From: an uncultured Planctomycetia bacterium
Lineage (GTDB): Bacteria > Planctomycetota > UBA8108 > UBA1146
Direction: 5' to 3'
DNA length: 64,000 nt
Assembly: GCA_964422295.1 (NCBI GenBank)
Contig: CAYRAM010000008.1
Coordinates: 26,242-90,241 of the forward strand
A program made the position numbers and the translations under genes. Shown one piece after another: positions 39,333-48,553 of the stretch; positions within the stretch are counted from its first letter, which is position 1; each line of letters begins with the position of its first letter. Below the pieces are notes generated by a model, which saw only the letters and a list, made by a program, of their open reading frames with translations, did not search any database and was not told where the DNA came from.

Positions 39333-40064
39333 ATGAACTGGCATAGACCCCGAAAGCGAGCTCCTCGGGTGATCAGCAAAGTAAAAATAATCGTCGTAGA
39401 GGACGAATCAGACATTCTTGAAGTCATCGAATACAACCTCTCCCGTGAAGGCTACAAGGTCAATGGCTATCGGGATGGGGAGCGGGGCCTCGATGCAATT
39501 CGTGAAAATAATCCGCAGTTAGTACTGCTCGATCTGATGCTTCCTGGAATCGACGGCATTGAAATTTGCAAGAAGGTCAAAGAAGATCCCCTCACCCGGG
39601 ATATCCCTGTCATCATGATTACTGCCAAAACAGAAGAGAGTGATGTGGTTCTCGGTCTGGGCGTTGGAGCAGATGACTACGTCAGCAAACCATTCAGCCC
39701 CAAAGAACTGGTGGCCAGGGTCAAGGCGGTGTTGCGCCGGGCACCCCTCACCGAAACTTTAGAAAACAAGGACAGGATCACCCTGGATGGATTTGTTCTC
39801 GACAACAGTCGCCACGATCTGGCCATCGAAGGGGAATCCATACCTTTGACAGCAACCGAATTTCGCATGCTTCACTATCTCGCATCCCACCGGGGAAGAG
39901 TATTTAGCCGCGAACAACTTCTTTCCAAGGTAGCAGGATCAGATACGGTATTGGTTGACAGGAATGTGGATGTTCACATCCGATCGATTCGAAAGAAGTT
40001 GGGTGATACCCACAGAAACTTGATTGAAACAGTGCGTGGTGTCGGATACCGCTTCAAATACTGA
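39333..40064 (+). CDS. OmpR/PhoB-family response regulator.
   Basis: The receiver domain begins KIIVVEDESDILEV and contains LVLLDLMLPG. The winged-helix output domain ends RGVGYRF. Confidence 0.9.
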   Translation: MNWHRPRKRAPRVISKVKIIVVEDESDILEVIEYNLSREGYKVNGYRDGERGLDAIRENNPQLVLLDLMLPGIDGIEICKKVKEDPLTRDIPVIMITAKTEESDVVLGLGVGADDYVSKPFSPKELVARVKAVLRRAPLTETLENKDRITLDGFVLDNSRHDLAIEGESIPLTATEFRMLHYLASHRGRVFSREQLLSKVAGSDTVLVDRNVDVHIRSIRKKLGDTHRNLIETVRGVGYRFKY

Positions 40065-41880
40065 TCCGAAACAAACTTCACCCCGTTTCTTTTGGCAGAT
40101 CTACTCCATCTATGGAGTACTGATCGCCATAGGTGGTTGGTTCTTTGGCTTCCTTCTCTGTGAGAGATTTGCCAAGGACTCCCTCATCAATTTCAATCAC
40201 CGAATCAACGAACAGGCAGAAACCCTCACAAAGGGGTGGGGTCATCTGGATGAAGCCGCTCTTTTCGCGGCCGTCGAGGGAAATCGAACCCAACAATTGC
40301 GCCTCGAATTGATCTCCTCTGACGGAAACCGTTTCCTGCTCAGGGATCCGTCGCACGAGAATACACAGAAATCGCCGCTGGAGTTGTATCCAGAAATCGT
40401 CACTTGCATCGAGTCGGGGTCGGCAAACTCCCAGTTTGAACTGGAACAGGCTCGCTTCAATTTTCCAGCAGTGACGATCGCTTTTGATGCAGGAAATGAA
40501 CAACGGTACTTGTTGAGAGTGTCGAGGGATCCCAGGGTGGTCCTTGCCCAAATTGATGCACTCTTCGAGAGCGTTTTCATGCTCGGGCTGATCGCCGCAA
40601 TGCTTGCGATGATAATGGGGCATCTCCTGTACCGAAGAATCAATCGGCAGTTTCAGATTTTGACCAGGGTTGCGGTCGCCTATTCAGAAGGCGATTTCTC
40701 GGCGCGGGCACCAAAAGGTCTGGATAACGAAAGCGATCTTCTCGGCGAAGCGCTGAACAAACTTGCGGATGAAATCCAAGAACAAGTGTCTGAGATTCAC
40801 CTCGAACACAACCGCATGAGGGTCATTCTTGGAGGCATGAGGGACGGGCTGATTGCGATCGACGAACTCGGGAAAATCGTACTGATCAACTCGGTCATGA
40901 GCCGATTGCTTGGTATGGAAATCCGGGAAGCCAGGGGCCGTTACATTTCAGATGTCATCATGGATTCAGAGATTATCGATCTACTGTTGAGCACCGTTCG
41001 CATGCAAAGACCGCTGGAGGCAGAAATAGATTTGGGCCTGGGCCAGTCAGAGAAATTTCTCAAAGCCTACACCAGTCCTCTGATCGACTATGAGCAAGAC
41101 GTATCAGGTGCGCTGATCGTGCTCCACGACCTGACCCAAACTCGCCAGTTGGAGAACATGCGCCGAGACTTTGTTGCAAATGTATCCCACGAACTGAAGA
41201 CTCCCATCACTGCAATACGGGGAATCGCTGAGACACTGGAGGACGATCCCGAAATTGAAGAGCACTTGAGAAAAAAATTCATCGGCAAGATTACCGATCA
41301 GTCTCACAGATTGTCCAATCTGGTGTCAGACCTGTTGGCTCTGGCCAACCTGGATGAGAGAGAAAAGACCCCCAGGACAAAAATCGACCTGCGCTCACTG
41401 ATTCATGAACGCATCAACTCCCTCTCCAAGGTGACCGCCCCCGAGAACCAGGCAGCTCTGCATTTCGAGTCCCCACAAGAGCCGATCTATGTTTTTGGTG
41501 ATGAAGAAGACCTGCGCCAAGCGATCGGGAACCTCATCGACAATGGACTCAAATACACACCTGGAGAAGGAGCCATTCAGGCAATTTTGTGCGCAAAAGA
41601 CGATAGAGCCATCATTCAAATTCGTGACAACGGGATAGGAATCCCGGAAGAGTACCTCAGTCGAATTTTTGAGCGCTTCTTCAGGGTCGACAAAGCGCGA
41701 TCGAGGGAAATCGGCGGGACTGGACTGGGGCTGGCAATTGTAAAAAACGTTTGCTTGAAACATGGAGGAAACGTGGAAGTGGATAGCAAGGATGGGGCGG
41801 GCACTACCTTTACCATCACGCTGCCACTGATTACAGATCCCCATCAAATTGAAGAAGACTCACAGCCCCAATCGGCTTGA
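40024..41880 (+). CDS. Sensor histidine kinase (PhoR-like: TM, HAMP, PAS, HisKA and HATPase domains).
   Basis: The H-box is NVSHELKTPITAIRG. The N, G1 and G2 boxes are present (DNGIGIP, GGTGLGLAIVK). The start is uncertain; the 40024 start overlaps the response-regulator gene. Confidence 0.85.
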   Translation: MKQCVVSDTASNTDPKQTSPRFFWQIYSIYGVLIAIGGWFFGFLLCERFAKDSLINFNHRINEQAETLTKGWGHLDEAALFAAVEGNRTQQLRLELISSDGNRFLLRDPSHENTQKSPLELYPEIVTCIESGSANSQFELEQARFNFPAVTIAFDAGNEQRYLLRVSRDPRVVLAQIDALFESVFMLGLIAAMLAMIMGHLLYRRINRQFQILTRVAVAYSEGDFSARAPKGLDNESDLLGEALNKLADEIQEQVSEIHLEHNRMRVILGGMRDGLIAIDELGKIVLINSVMSRLLGMEIREARGRYISDVIMDSEIIDLLLSTVRMQRPLEAEIDLGLGQSEKFLKAYTSPLIDYEQDVSGALIVLHDLTQTRQLENMRRDFVANVSHELKTPITAIRGIAETLEDDPEIEEHLRKKFIGKITDQSHRLSNLVSDLLALANLDEREKTPRTKIDLRSLIHERINSLSKVTAPENQAALHFESPQEPIYVFGDEEDLRQAIGNLIDNGLKYTPGEGAIQAILCAKDDRAIIQIRDNGIGIPEEYLSRIFERFFRVDKARSREIGGTGLGLAIVKNVCLKHGGNVEVDSKDGAGTTFTITLPLITDPHQIEEDSQPQSA

Positions 41881-43260
41881 GAGCTCTGAGCGAATTTTCC
41901 TTTCAGGATCGACCTGATCCCGAAGTTTCATAAACTCATTCAAATCAGGGTACATCTTCTCAAGGAGCTCCGGCGTCAAGGTTGAATCCTTGGCCAGGTA
42001 TACTCTCCCTCCCCAATCAGCCACCAGCGAGTTCAGACTATGCATCAACTCGGGCACACCTTGTTGATTTCTGAAATCCATCGAAACAGTGATCCCGGGT
42101 TCAGGGAAAGATAATCCACCATGACCTGCACCCAATTTTTTCAGGACTACCAAGGTAGGTGAATTTTCAAACTGCATGACCACTTTGAAGAGCGCACCCA
42201 CTCCCTCACTCAGTACTTCCTCGGGAATCAGACACTGGTGCTGAAAAAATCCTCTTTTCCCATAGATCTGCTTCCAGTCCCTCCACCCTTCGAGGGGAAA
42301 GAGCATTTTTTGCAATGGCCACAGTCGATTCTGCGGGAGAAAGCTCGCCATTCGATGATAAACCTGGTTATGCATGTGAATAATTCCCTCACCCGGTGAG
42401 GGAAACGGCGGGATCGAAGGGCCGGACTCGGGTTGCCATAGTTCAGTCGCAGAGTCCCCGGCTTCTATCGAACGCAGTTTACCACCGATGACAACTCCCC
42501 TGCCTGGCTTCCTGCTGAGGCGTGACAGATCCACCCATGCCGAAGCGTGATCCGCATCGAGGCAAGTCTCTTCCAGCCGATTCAAGGTTTCATCCAGGTC
42601 TCGAGTCGCCCTCACACTTACTTCCGCAATCTCCTGACATCGAGGGACAACCATCAGGTCCACCTCGAGGATGATCCCCGTCAATCCCATTCCGCCGATG
42701 GTCCCCTGGAAGATCTCTGAAAACTGATCTCTGGAACACCAAAGGGCCTCTCCATTTGGGAGCACCAACTTCATCGCTTCTACCGATCGCCCGAAACTCC
42801 CGGATTTCCAATGGTTCTTTCCATGAACATCGGCAGCGATCATTCCTCCGACCGACACTCCGAGGACACCCGGAACCACCGGGAGAGTGAATCCCTTCAA
42901 TGACAGCTGGGCTAACAGTTCCTTTAATGGCAAGGAAGCTGGAACTCGTACATGGGTCGAATCGGTGGAAATCTTCAGTCTCGCAGGAAACTCCGGTTGG
43001 ATCAGACTGCCCCCTGGGCTCAGGGCAGCATCGCCATAACTGAAACCCGACCCCCTCGGTAACCAGTGCCTTGATCCAAGGACCACATCTTTGACCGATT
43101 CGGGATGGAAACAGCGGTAGAGATGAGAAGCAGCCTGGGTACTTCCAGCCCATCCAAACCAATCGGCAAAGGAATGCTGGTACCTATTTCCGTTTTGGAA
43201 ATTTTTTTCGACCATGGCGTCGCTTGCCTTCCACCCACAGGCCTGAACCTGTTTTACCAT
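41860..43260 (-). CDS. FAD-binding oxidoreductase of the DprE1/FAD-linked oxidase family (FAD_binding_4).
   Basis: The motifs RGSGFSYGD and GGMIAADVHGKNH resemble the DprE1/alditol oxidase family. The 3' end overlaps the convergent HK gene by 21 bp. Confidence 0.7.
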   Translation of the reverse strand: MVKQVQACGWKASDAMVEKNFQNGNRYQHSFADWFGWAGSTQAASHLYRCFHPESVKDVVLGSRHWLPRGSGFSYGDAALSPGGSLIQPEFPARLKISTDSTHVRVPASLPLKELLAQLSLKGFTLPVVPGVLGVSVGGMIAADVHGKNHWKSGSFGRSVEAMKLVLPNGEALWCSRDQFSEIFQGTIGGMGLTGIILEVDLMVVPRCQEIAEVSVRATRDLDETLNRLEETCLDADHASAWVDLSRLSRKPGRGVVIGGKLRSIEAGDSATELWQPESGPSIPPFPSPGEGIIHMHNQVYHRMASFLPQNRLWPLQKMLFPLEGWRDWKQIYGKRGFFQHQCLIPEEVLSEGVGALFKVVMQFENSPTLVVLKKLGAGHGGLSFPEPGITVSMDFRNQQGVPELMHSLNSLVADWGGRVYLAKDSTLTPELLEKMYPDLNEFMKLRDQVDPERKIRSELSSRLGL

Positions 43261-43280
43261 GGAAGTCCGCTGCGATCAGT

Positions 43281-44111
43281 TCAGCGAATGAACTCAGGGT
43301 CAGCCACCTTGGGGATAGCGCCGGATTTTTCTCCCAAATCGAGGAATCGACGCACTGCCTCGCGCCCATCATCACCATAGTCAAGGGTCCGTTGATTGAC
43401 GTACATACCCACAAATTTATCTGTCAACTCGCGGGTCAAGCCTCGGTTGTATTGCTCCGCATACTCCAACGCCTCTTCACGATGATCGAGAGCATAAGCG
43501 ATGCTTTCCCTGAGAATCCTGGAAATCTCGTGGATATGTTCTTCTCCAAGATCTCTGCGAATGGCATTTCCACCCAGTGGCAACGGCAGACCATCTTGGG
43601 TCTCTGCCCACCACTTCCCAAAATCAACCACGGGATAATAACCTTGATCTTCGTAGGTCACCTGACCTTCATGAATGATGACACCGGCTTCAAATTCGCC
43701 GGACCCCACTCTCTCCATGATTTGGTCGAAATCGACAACAGTCGTTCTTGCTTCCGGATACCAAAGTTTTGTTGCAAGGGCTGCGCTCGTCCATTCACCG
43801 GGGACTGCGATAGGAACTCCAGCCAATTGATCACGGGTCTTTGGCTCTCTTGAAATCAAGACTGGCCCATAGTTCTCTCCCATGCTGGCCCCATGATTGA
43901 GCAGTGCGTAGCGATCAGAAAGGTGGGCGTAGGCGTGGATTGAGATCGCAGTGACCTCATGCCGTCCCTCAACGGCATGGCGATTGAGCGTTTCAATATC
44001 AGCCATCATGTGGTCAAATTCGTAAATTCCTGTGTCAACTTTCCCCTCACCGATAGCGAAATGCATGAAGGCATCATCCGAATCAGGGCTGTGTGCGATC
44101 ACTATTTTCAT
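43281..44111 (-). CDS. Menaquinone biosynthesis via futalosine, MqnA/MqnD family protein.
   Basis: The N-terminus MKIVIAHSPDSDDAFMHF resembles the conserved SPCPND(T)F motif of MqnA/MqnD, and the size of about 275 aa fits. The assignment comes from motif recall, not from a search. Confidence 0.55.
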   Translation of the reverse strand: MKIVIAHSPDSDDAFMHFAIGEGKVDTGIYEFDHMMADIETLNRHAVEGRHEVTAISIHAYAHLSDRYALLNHGASMGENYGPVLISREPKTRDQLAGVPIAVPGEWTSAALATKLWYPEARTTVVDFDQIMERVGSGEFEAGVIIHEGQVTYEDQGYYPVVDFGKWWAETQDGLPLPLGGNAIRRDLGEEHIHEISRILRESIAYALDHREEALEYAEQYNRGLTRELTDKFVGMYVNQRTLDYGDDGREAVRRFLDLGEKSGAIPKVADPEFIR

Positions 44112-44296
44112 GGTCTCCTCTGCAAATTTTCTCCAAGACTGACTGCGGCGGCAGAAATTTGGGCAATTTCAGGGGCTTCAGCCTACGGTCCATGCCCTAC
44201 AATACGGGGAAAACCGAGTACCTGCCAGCGAAGCGAAGTCAATGTTGACTTGCCAGGAACAAATCAGGATCCTATTCTTTGAACGTTTCGGGGAGC

Positions 44297-44365
44297 AGTC
44301 AGTGGGATTCCCGGCAGTGGGATTCCCGGCAGTGGAATTCCCAGCAGTGGGATTCCCATTCGGCA
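44297..44365. repeat. Tandem 15-bp minisatellite (GGCAGTGGGATTCCC, 4 copies) in the divergent intergenic region between the MqnA/D homolog and the ferredoxin gene.
   Basis: The repeat is read directly from the sequence. Each unit contains the near-palindrome GGGATTCCC (GGAATTCC in the third unit). Confidence 0.9.
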
Positions 44366-44429
44366 GCTGCTCCTGGAATTGAATGCTGCCCAAGAACTTT
44401 AACTGAGATTGATCAGCAGGAGGCCAACG

Positions 44430-44663
44430 ATGGCAGATCCCGCAAACAAGGTTGAGAGCAACGTTGCCGGCAAGTGGTATGTCGACGAAGAGTGCATCGA
44501 CTGTGACCTATGCCGAACCACCGCACCTGACAACTTCAGGGCAAACGAAGATGAAGGATATTCCTACGTCTTCAAACAGCCAGCATCTGAAGAAGAAGAG
44601 GAACTCTGCGAGCAGGCCAAGGAAGAGTGCCCCGTCGAAGCCATTGGGGATGACTCCAACTAA
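44430..44663 (+). CDS. 4Fe-4S ferredoxin.
   Basis: The motif CIDCDLCRTTAPDNF...EECPVEAI is a single-cluster ferredoxin motif set. The SD sequence AGGAGG lies 7 nt upstream of the ATG at 44430. Confidence 0.8.
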   Translation: MADPANKVESNVAGKWYVDEECIDCDLCRTTAPDNFRANEDEGYSYVFKQPASEEEEELCEQAKEECPVEAIGDDSN

Positions 44664-44750
44664 CGGGTGAACTCCCCTTTATTCATCGCAGGATGAACAT
44701 GATCGACAGGAGTGATTCATACACGAATCCCCTGGAAGTCCATCCACCCC

Positions 44751-47624
44751 TCAAACCTGAAGTACTTTTACAGGACTCGGAGCGGGCAACAGCCTGCGGC
44801 GCACGACTTGTACTCCCGCTGGCAACTCCCCATCAAAGAGTTTCACGAGGACGTCTTCCGGCTTGGTGAGATGATCCCCTTGCAAGCAGAGCCTCATCGA
44901 AAGCAGTCTTTCTTCAGGACGGCAAACCTGCAGACCTTCTGAATCGGGGGGAAGGACCGAGAGCCATTTGAGATGGTGAACTCCAGGACGAATATCGACG
45001 ACTTTGGGTTTACCCTTCTTGGTCAATCGATCAACAGATATCTCATCCTGTGCCATAAATTGATCGAGAGTTTCTTGCGGAATACGATCAGCGACTTGAT
45101 CCGGTGTAAAGATCATGAAATCTGCCCAATTGCTGATCACGGACAACTTCGGCGCGTCCGCTCCCAGCGCATGCAAGGATCGGATGACGATTCCATCGGG
45201 ACACTGTTGAGACAGTTTTTCCCGAACTTCATCCGCACAGACTTGCTCCTGAATCTTGACGTCGACCACCTCCGCAAGTCCCGCCATTCCCAGTCTCAGC
45301 GGTGGACCAAATGACATCTGTGGAATCGGATGAAATCCCCTTGAATACGCAGGTGAAAAGCCCGCTCTTCGAATCGCCCGCGGCAAAAACCTGTTGAGGT
45401 CAAGGTGACTCATATACCGCGCACGGCCCAATTTGGCGTAGCGAGCCCTGTAACCGAAACTCTCGTGCTCCAGTTCCTTGCGCTCTGGTGGCATCTTTGG
45501 ATCTGCTCTTTGCGCAAATCGCTTCCTCGCCTCTTCACGGACTTGCTCAACATCGGCATCGGTTTGGGAAGATTCTTTCCCGGCTTTGCGATTTTTTGCA
45601 TCAAGGAAATCAAGGAACTCTATCCGCTCTTCCTTCATTTGGCTCAGATCGCAGGCGATACCGCAGTCGTAGCAAACCAAGCGACGCTTGTCTTCACTCG
45701 CTTCTTCCACATTGGTGTAGTGGGTGAGCCTCTTGCCCGGTTTGCCACATGGGTGCGAGGTCCTGTCCTTGAGAGCGCGCTGGTACTCGCGCTTCAGGAA
45801 CTTGGGTTCCACACCACAATCGAGGTGATCCCAGGGAAGCCGTGCATCAATGGGGATCGTCCCCAAAAATCTGTAACGATCGATTTCATTCTCTTCGATC
45901 GCTTCCATCCAATAATCGAAACGCATTCGATCAGACCAGCCGTCAAATCGGCACCCTTTTCGCCACGCAGATTCGATGACGCCAGCGATCGTTCTGTCTC
46001 CCCTGCTGAGAATCCCTTCAAGATGACTGGTGGAGGGATCATGCCAACGCAACTGCAACCCTGGATATCGGGTCCATTTCCTCAATGCCTCATGCTTCAG
46101 TTCGATATCGGGGAGGTCATCCATCGCTGCCCATTGAAAGGGCGTGAAGGGCTTGGGGACATGACTCGATACAGAAACCGTCACTTGAGCCCTACCCTTT
46201 GGCAGATATTCTTTTGCAATATCGAGCATCCGTTTGCCCGTATCTGCAATCCCCCGTACGTCGGACTCATCCTCGGTAGGCAACCCGATCATGAAATACA
46301 ATTTCATGCGGCGCCAACCTCTGGAGAAAATTCTGTGTGCGCTCTTGGCAATATCCTCCTCGGTGATGTTTTTGTTGACCACATCACGCATCCTTTGGGT
46401 TCCCGCCTCCGGGGCAAAGGTCAAGGAGGTGTTTCTCACACTGGACATCTCATCCAGCATCTCATCGGTCAATCCGTAGGCTCTCAGAGAAGAGACGCTG
46501 AGCGAGATATTTTTCTTCCGCAGTTCGGGCATGATTTTTTTGACCAAAGGCTCGATGGCGCTGTAATCCGCTGTTGAGAGGCTGGTCAGTGAAACTTCGT
46601 CAAAACCTCCACATTTGACCGCATCGCGGACCACTTCCTGAATCTCCTCCGGTGGTCTCTCTCTGACTGGCCTGTAGATCATTCCGGCCTGACAGAACCT
46701 GCAACCCTCGGTACATCCACGAGCCACTTCGATGCTTGCCCGGTCAAAGACCACTTCCGTATTTGGAACCGGCGAATTGGCCGGGAAGGGAAACTCGGTA
46801 AGATCAGCGACATGGGCCCTCGTCACAGAAGAGGGAACCCTTTCATCCACTGGCTTGTCAACGACAGTGAAACCGGTATCTGATTCCACCCGAGTGTCGT
46901 AGAGAGACGGCACATAGACACCTTCAAACTGACTGATCGCAATCAAGCGCTCGCGTCTGGTGACCCCTTGATCCTTCAGCGTTCTCCAGTGGTCGACCAC
47001 CTTGTGAAAGTGCCCTTCCCCATCACCGATCAAAAATGCATCGATAAATGGGCTCATTGGCTCAGGTTGAAATGCCACAGGCCCCCCGGCCATCACCAAC
47101 GGGCAATCATCATCGCGCTCACTGGAACGAATCGGCAACCTTCCAAGATCGAGCATCGTGAGGATGTTGGTGAAGGTCAGTTCGTACTGCATCGAGAAGC
47201 CGATCACATCAAAGTCCCTCATCCGACGCCAGGATTCAAGACTGACCAATTCGAGGTCGCGCTCACGCAACTCCTTCTCGCAGTCGATCCAGGGTGTGTA
47301 TACCCGCTCTGCCTGAACACCTTCCAGGCTATTCAGGTGGGAGTACAGAATTTTGAACCCCAGGTGACTCATTCCAATTTCGTAGACATCCGGAAATGCG
47401 AGCAGAAATGACAAGCGTGTATCTTTCTTGATCACCGAATGTAATTCACCGCCGGTATATCGTCCGGGCTTCTGCAATCGATGGAGAAAGGCGCGATAGG
47501 GATGCTTGGCGATATCATGCCGATCGGGAAGGATCGACAGATCTTCTCCAGCGGAAACTTCAGATGCTCCGCTGTCAAACCCCACCTTGCCCATGGAGTC
47601 CCAGAGTGAATTCTCGTCGGACAC
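44751..47624 (-). CDS. Fused radical SAM protein: TIGR03960-family B12-binding/radical SAM domain plus a TIGR03936 (DUF2344) C-terminal domain.
   Basis: The radical-SAM cluster motif is VARGCTEGCRFCQAGMIY. The N-terminus (RYTGGELHSV) is typical of the TIGR03960 family. The protein is 957 aa, and its C-terminal third is DUF2344-like. Confidence 0.75.
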   Translation of the reverse strand: MSDENSLWDSMGKVGFDSGASEVSAGEDLSILPDRHDIAKHPYRAFLHRLQKPGRYTGGELHSVIKKDTRLSFLLAFPDVYEIGMSHLGFKILYSHLNSLEGVQAERVYTPWIDCEKELRERDLELVSLESWRRMRDFDVIGFSMQYELTFTNILTMLDLGRLPIRSSERDDDCPLVMAGGPVAFQPEPMSPFIDAFLIGDGEGHFHKVVDHWRTLKDQGVTRRERLIAISQFEGVYVPSLYDTRVESDTGFTVVDKPVDERVPSSVTRAHVADLTEFPFPANSPVPNTEVVFDRASIEVARGCTEGCRFCQAGMIYRPVRERPPEEIQEVVRDAVKCGGFDEVSLTSLSTADYSAIEPLVKKIMPELRKKNISLSVSSLRAYGLTDEMLDEMSSVRNTSLTFAPEAGTQRMRDVVNKNITEEDIAKSAHRIFSRGWRRMKLYFMIGLPTEDESDVRGIADTGKRMLDIAKEYLPKGRAQVTVSVSSHVPKPFTPFQWAAMDDLPDIELKHEALRKWTRYPGLQLRWHDPSTSHLEGILSRGDRTIAGVIESAWRKGCRFDGWSDRMRFDYWMEAIEENEIDRYRFLGTIPIDARLPWDHLDCGVEPKFLKREYQRALKDRTSHPCGKPGKRLTHYTNVEEASEDKRRLVCYDCGIACDLSQMKEERIEFLDFLDAKNRKAGKESSQTDADVEQVREEARKRFAQRADPKMPPERKELEHESFGYRARYAKLGRARYMSHLDLNRFLPRAIRRAGFSPAYSRGFHPIPQMSFGPPLRLGMAGLAEVVDVKIQEQVCADEVREKLSQQCPDGIVIRSLHALGADAPKLSVISNWADFMIFTPDQVADRIPQETLDQFMAQDEISVDRLTKKGKPKVVDIRPGVHHLKWLSVLPPDSEGLQVCRPEERLLSMRLCLQGDHLTKPEDVLVKLFDGELPAGVQVVRRRLLPAPSPVKVLQV

Positions 47625-47787
47625 GTTGCTCCCGCCTTACCGATTTGCTCATCCAGAGGCCATCGCATTTGCTGCAATTTGCGGCACCAGGAAACGGCTG
47701 CTCAATCAGGATAGTATCATGCCCGAAAACTGTGCCCAGATTTGTCCGGGGAGGGGATCGATAAAATTCTCACCGACCTCCCATCTA

Positions 47788-47934
47788 CTCCTTTTCGCAA
47801 GTCTCTTTCTTGCTTCTTTCCGGGAACAGACGGATGCGGGAAGGCACGGAAGGCCCCCTGCGAACAGGGATCCATTGAATGGCGAGAGCAACGATCAACG
47901 CAGTCGTCAGAATGGATGGATCGGTCCAGGACAT
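47788..47934 (-). CDS. Candidate small membrane protein (49 aa) translationally coupled to merR.
   Basis: I translated this by hand. Its ATG immediately follows the merR TAG (TAGATG), giving MSWTDPSILTTALIVALAIQWIPVRRGP... with one TM helix. It is too short to appear in the ORF track. Confidence 0.25.
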
Positions 47935-48228
47935 CTAGATTTCCCCCTCGTCGATGAGTTCCTTGATTTCCTTGAGCGACTTCCCCTGATCCTGCAATTC
48001 CGCCATGCGAGCCAATCTTTCGAAGATCCACTCAGCATAGAGGCGGTGGCCCGCAGGAGTGCGTTCCTCTTCATCGATGAAACCGGAAACGGTGTAATCA
48101 TGAATCGTTTGCCGGGAAATCCCCGTCGCAGCCATGACTTCACCGATCTTGAAAAGTTTCCTGGGCACCTGACCTGCTGGAGGCTTGGGCAAGCGTCGAT
48201 TCCCCTCCCTTGCGAACAGGAGTGACAT
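47935..48228 (-). CDS. MerR-family transcriptional regulator.
   Basis: The HTH is FKIGEVMAATGISRQTIHDYTVSGFI and is followed by a coiled-coil dimerization helix. The protein is small (97 aa) and has no obvious metal-binding cysteines. Confidence 0.8.
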   Translation of the reverse strand: MSLLFAREGNRRLPKPPAGQVPRKLFKIGEVMAATGISRQTIHDYTVSGFIDEEERTPAGHRLYAEWIFERLARMAELQDQGKSLKEIKELIDEGEI

Positions 48229-48307
48229 CCTGGCCGCTTCAACTGCTTTATACTTTATACTTTATAAACCATAGTTCAAGGCCAGTTTCTCCTGCTGCGA
48301 TCAGATC
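48229..48307. promoter_or_regulatory. Candidate merR promoter/operator with three 7-bp direct repeats (ACTTTAT).
   Basis: The sequence TGCTTTATACTTTATACTTTATAAACC lies immediately upstream of the MerR start. On the minus strand it reads TATAAAGTATAAAGTATAAAG, which is -10-like. Confidence 0.3.
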
Positions 48308-48553
48308 TCACTCTTTTGGTGCTGGAACCGGATCGTACCCCCCCCGCGAAAAGGGATGGCAACGGACCAAACGGGCGGCGGTCAGGCCCAATCCACGGAT
48401 GGCTCCGTGATTGCGGATCGCTTCGCTGGCATAGCAACTGCAGGTGGGCTCAAACCGGCACAGAGGTGGAAGCACCGGGGAGATCACCGATCGATAGAAG
48501 CCGATCATGGCGAGAAATATCCGCGCCAGGATACTGCGACCTTCCTGCACCAT
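48308..48553 (-). CDS. yidD: Membrane protein insertion efficiency factor YidD.
   Basis: The translation FYRSVISPVLPPLCRFEPTCSCYASEAIRNHG is the canonical YidD sequence. Confidence 0.9.
   Translation of the reverse strand: MVQEGRSILARIFLAMIGFYRSVISPVLPPLCRFEPTCSCYASEAIRNHGAIRGLGLTAARLVRCHPFSRGGYDPVPAPKE

Noticed and set aside
47742-47957. A plus-strand 71-aa ORF and a minus-strand 104-aa ORF (47717..48031) in the merR / radical-SAM intergenic region.
   Set aside because: They conflict with the MerR coding region and with the better-supported 49-aa TM ORF that is start-coupled to merR. Their composition is Arg/Gly/Ser-rich.
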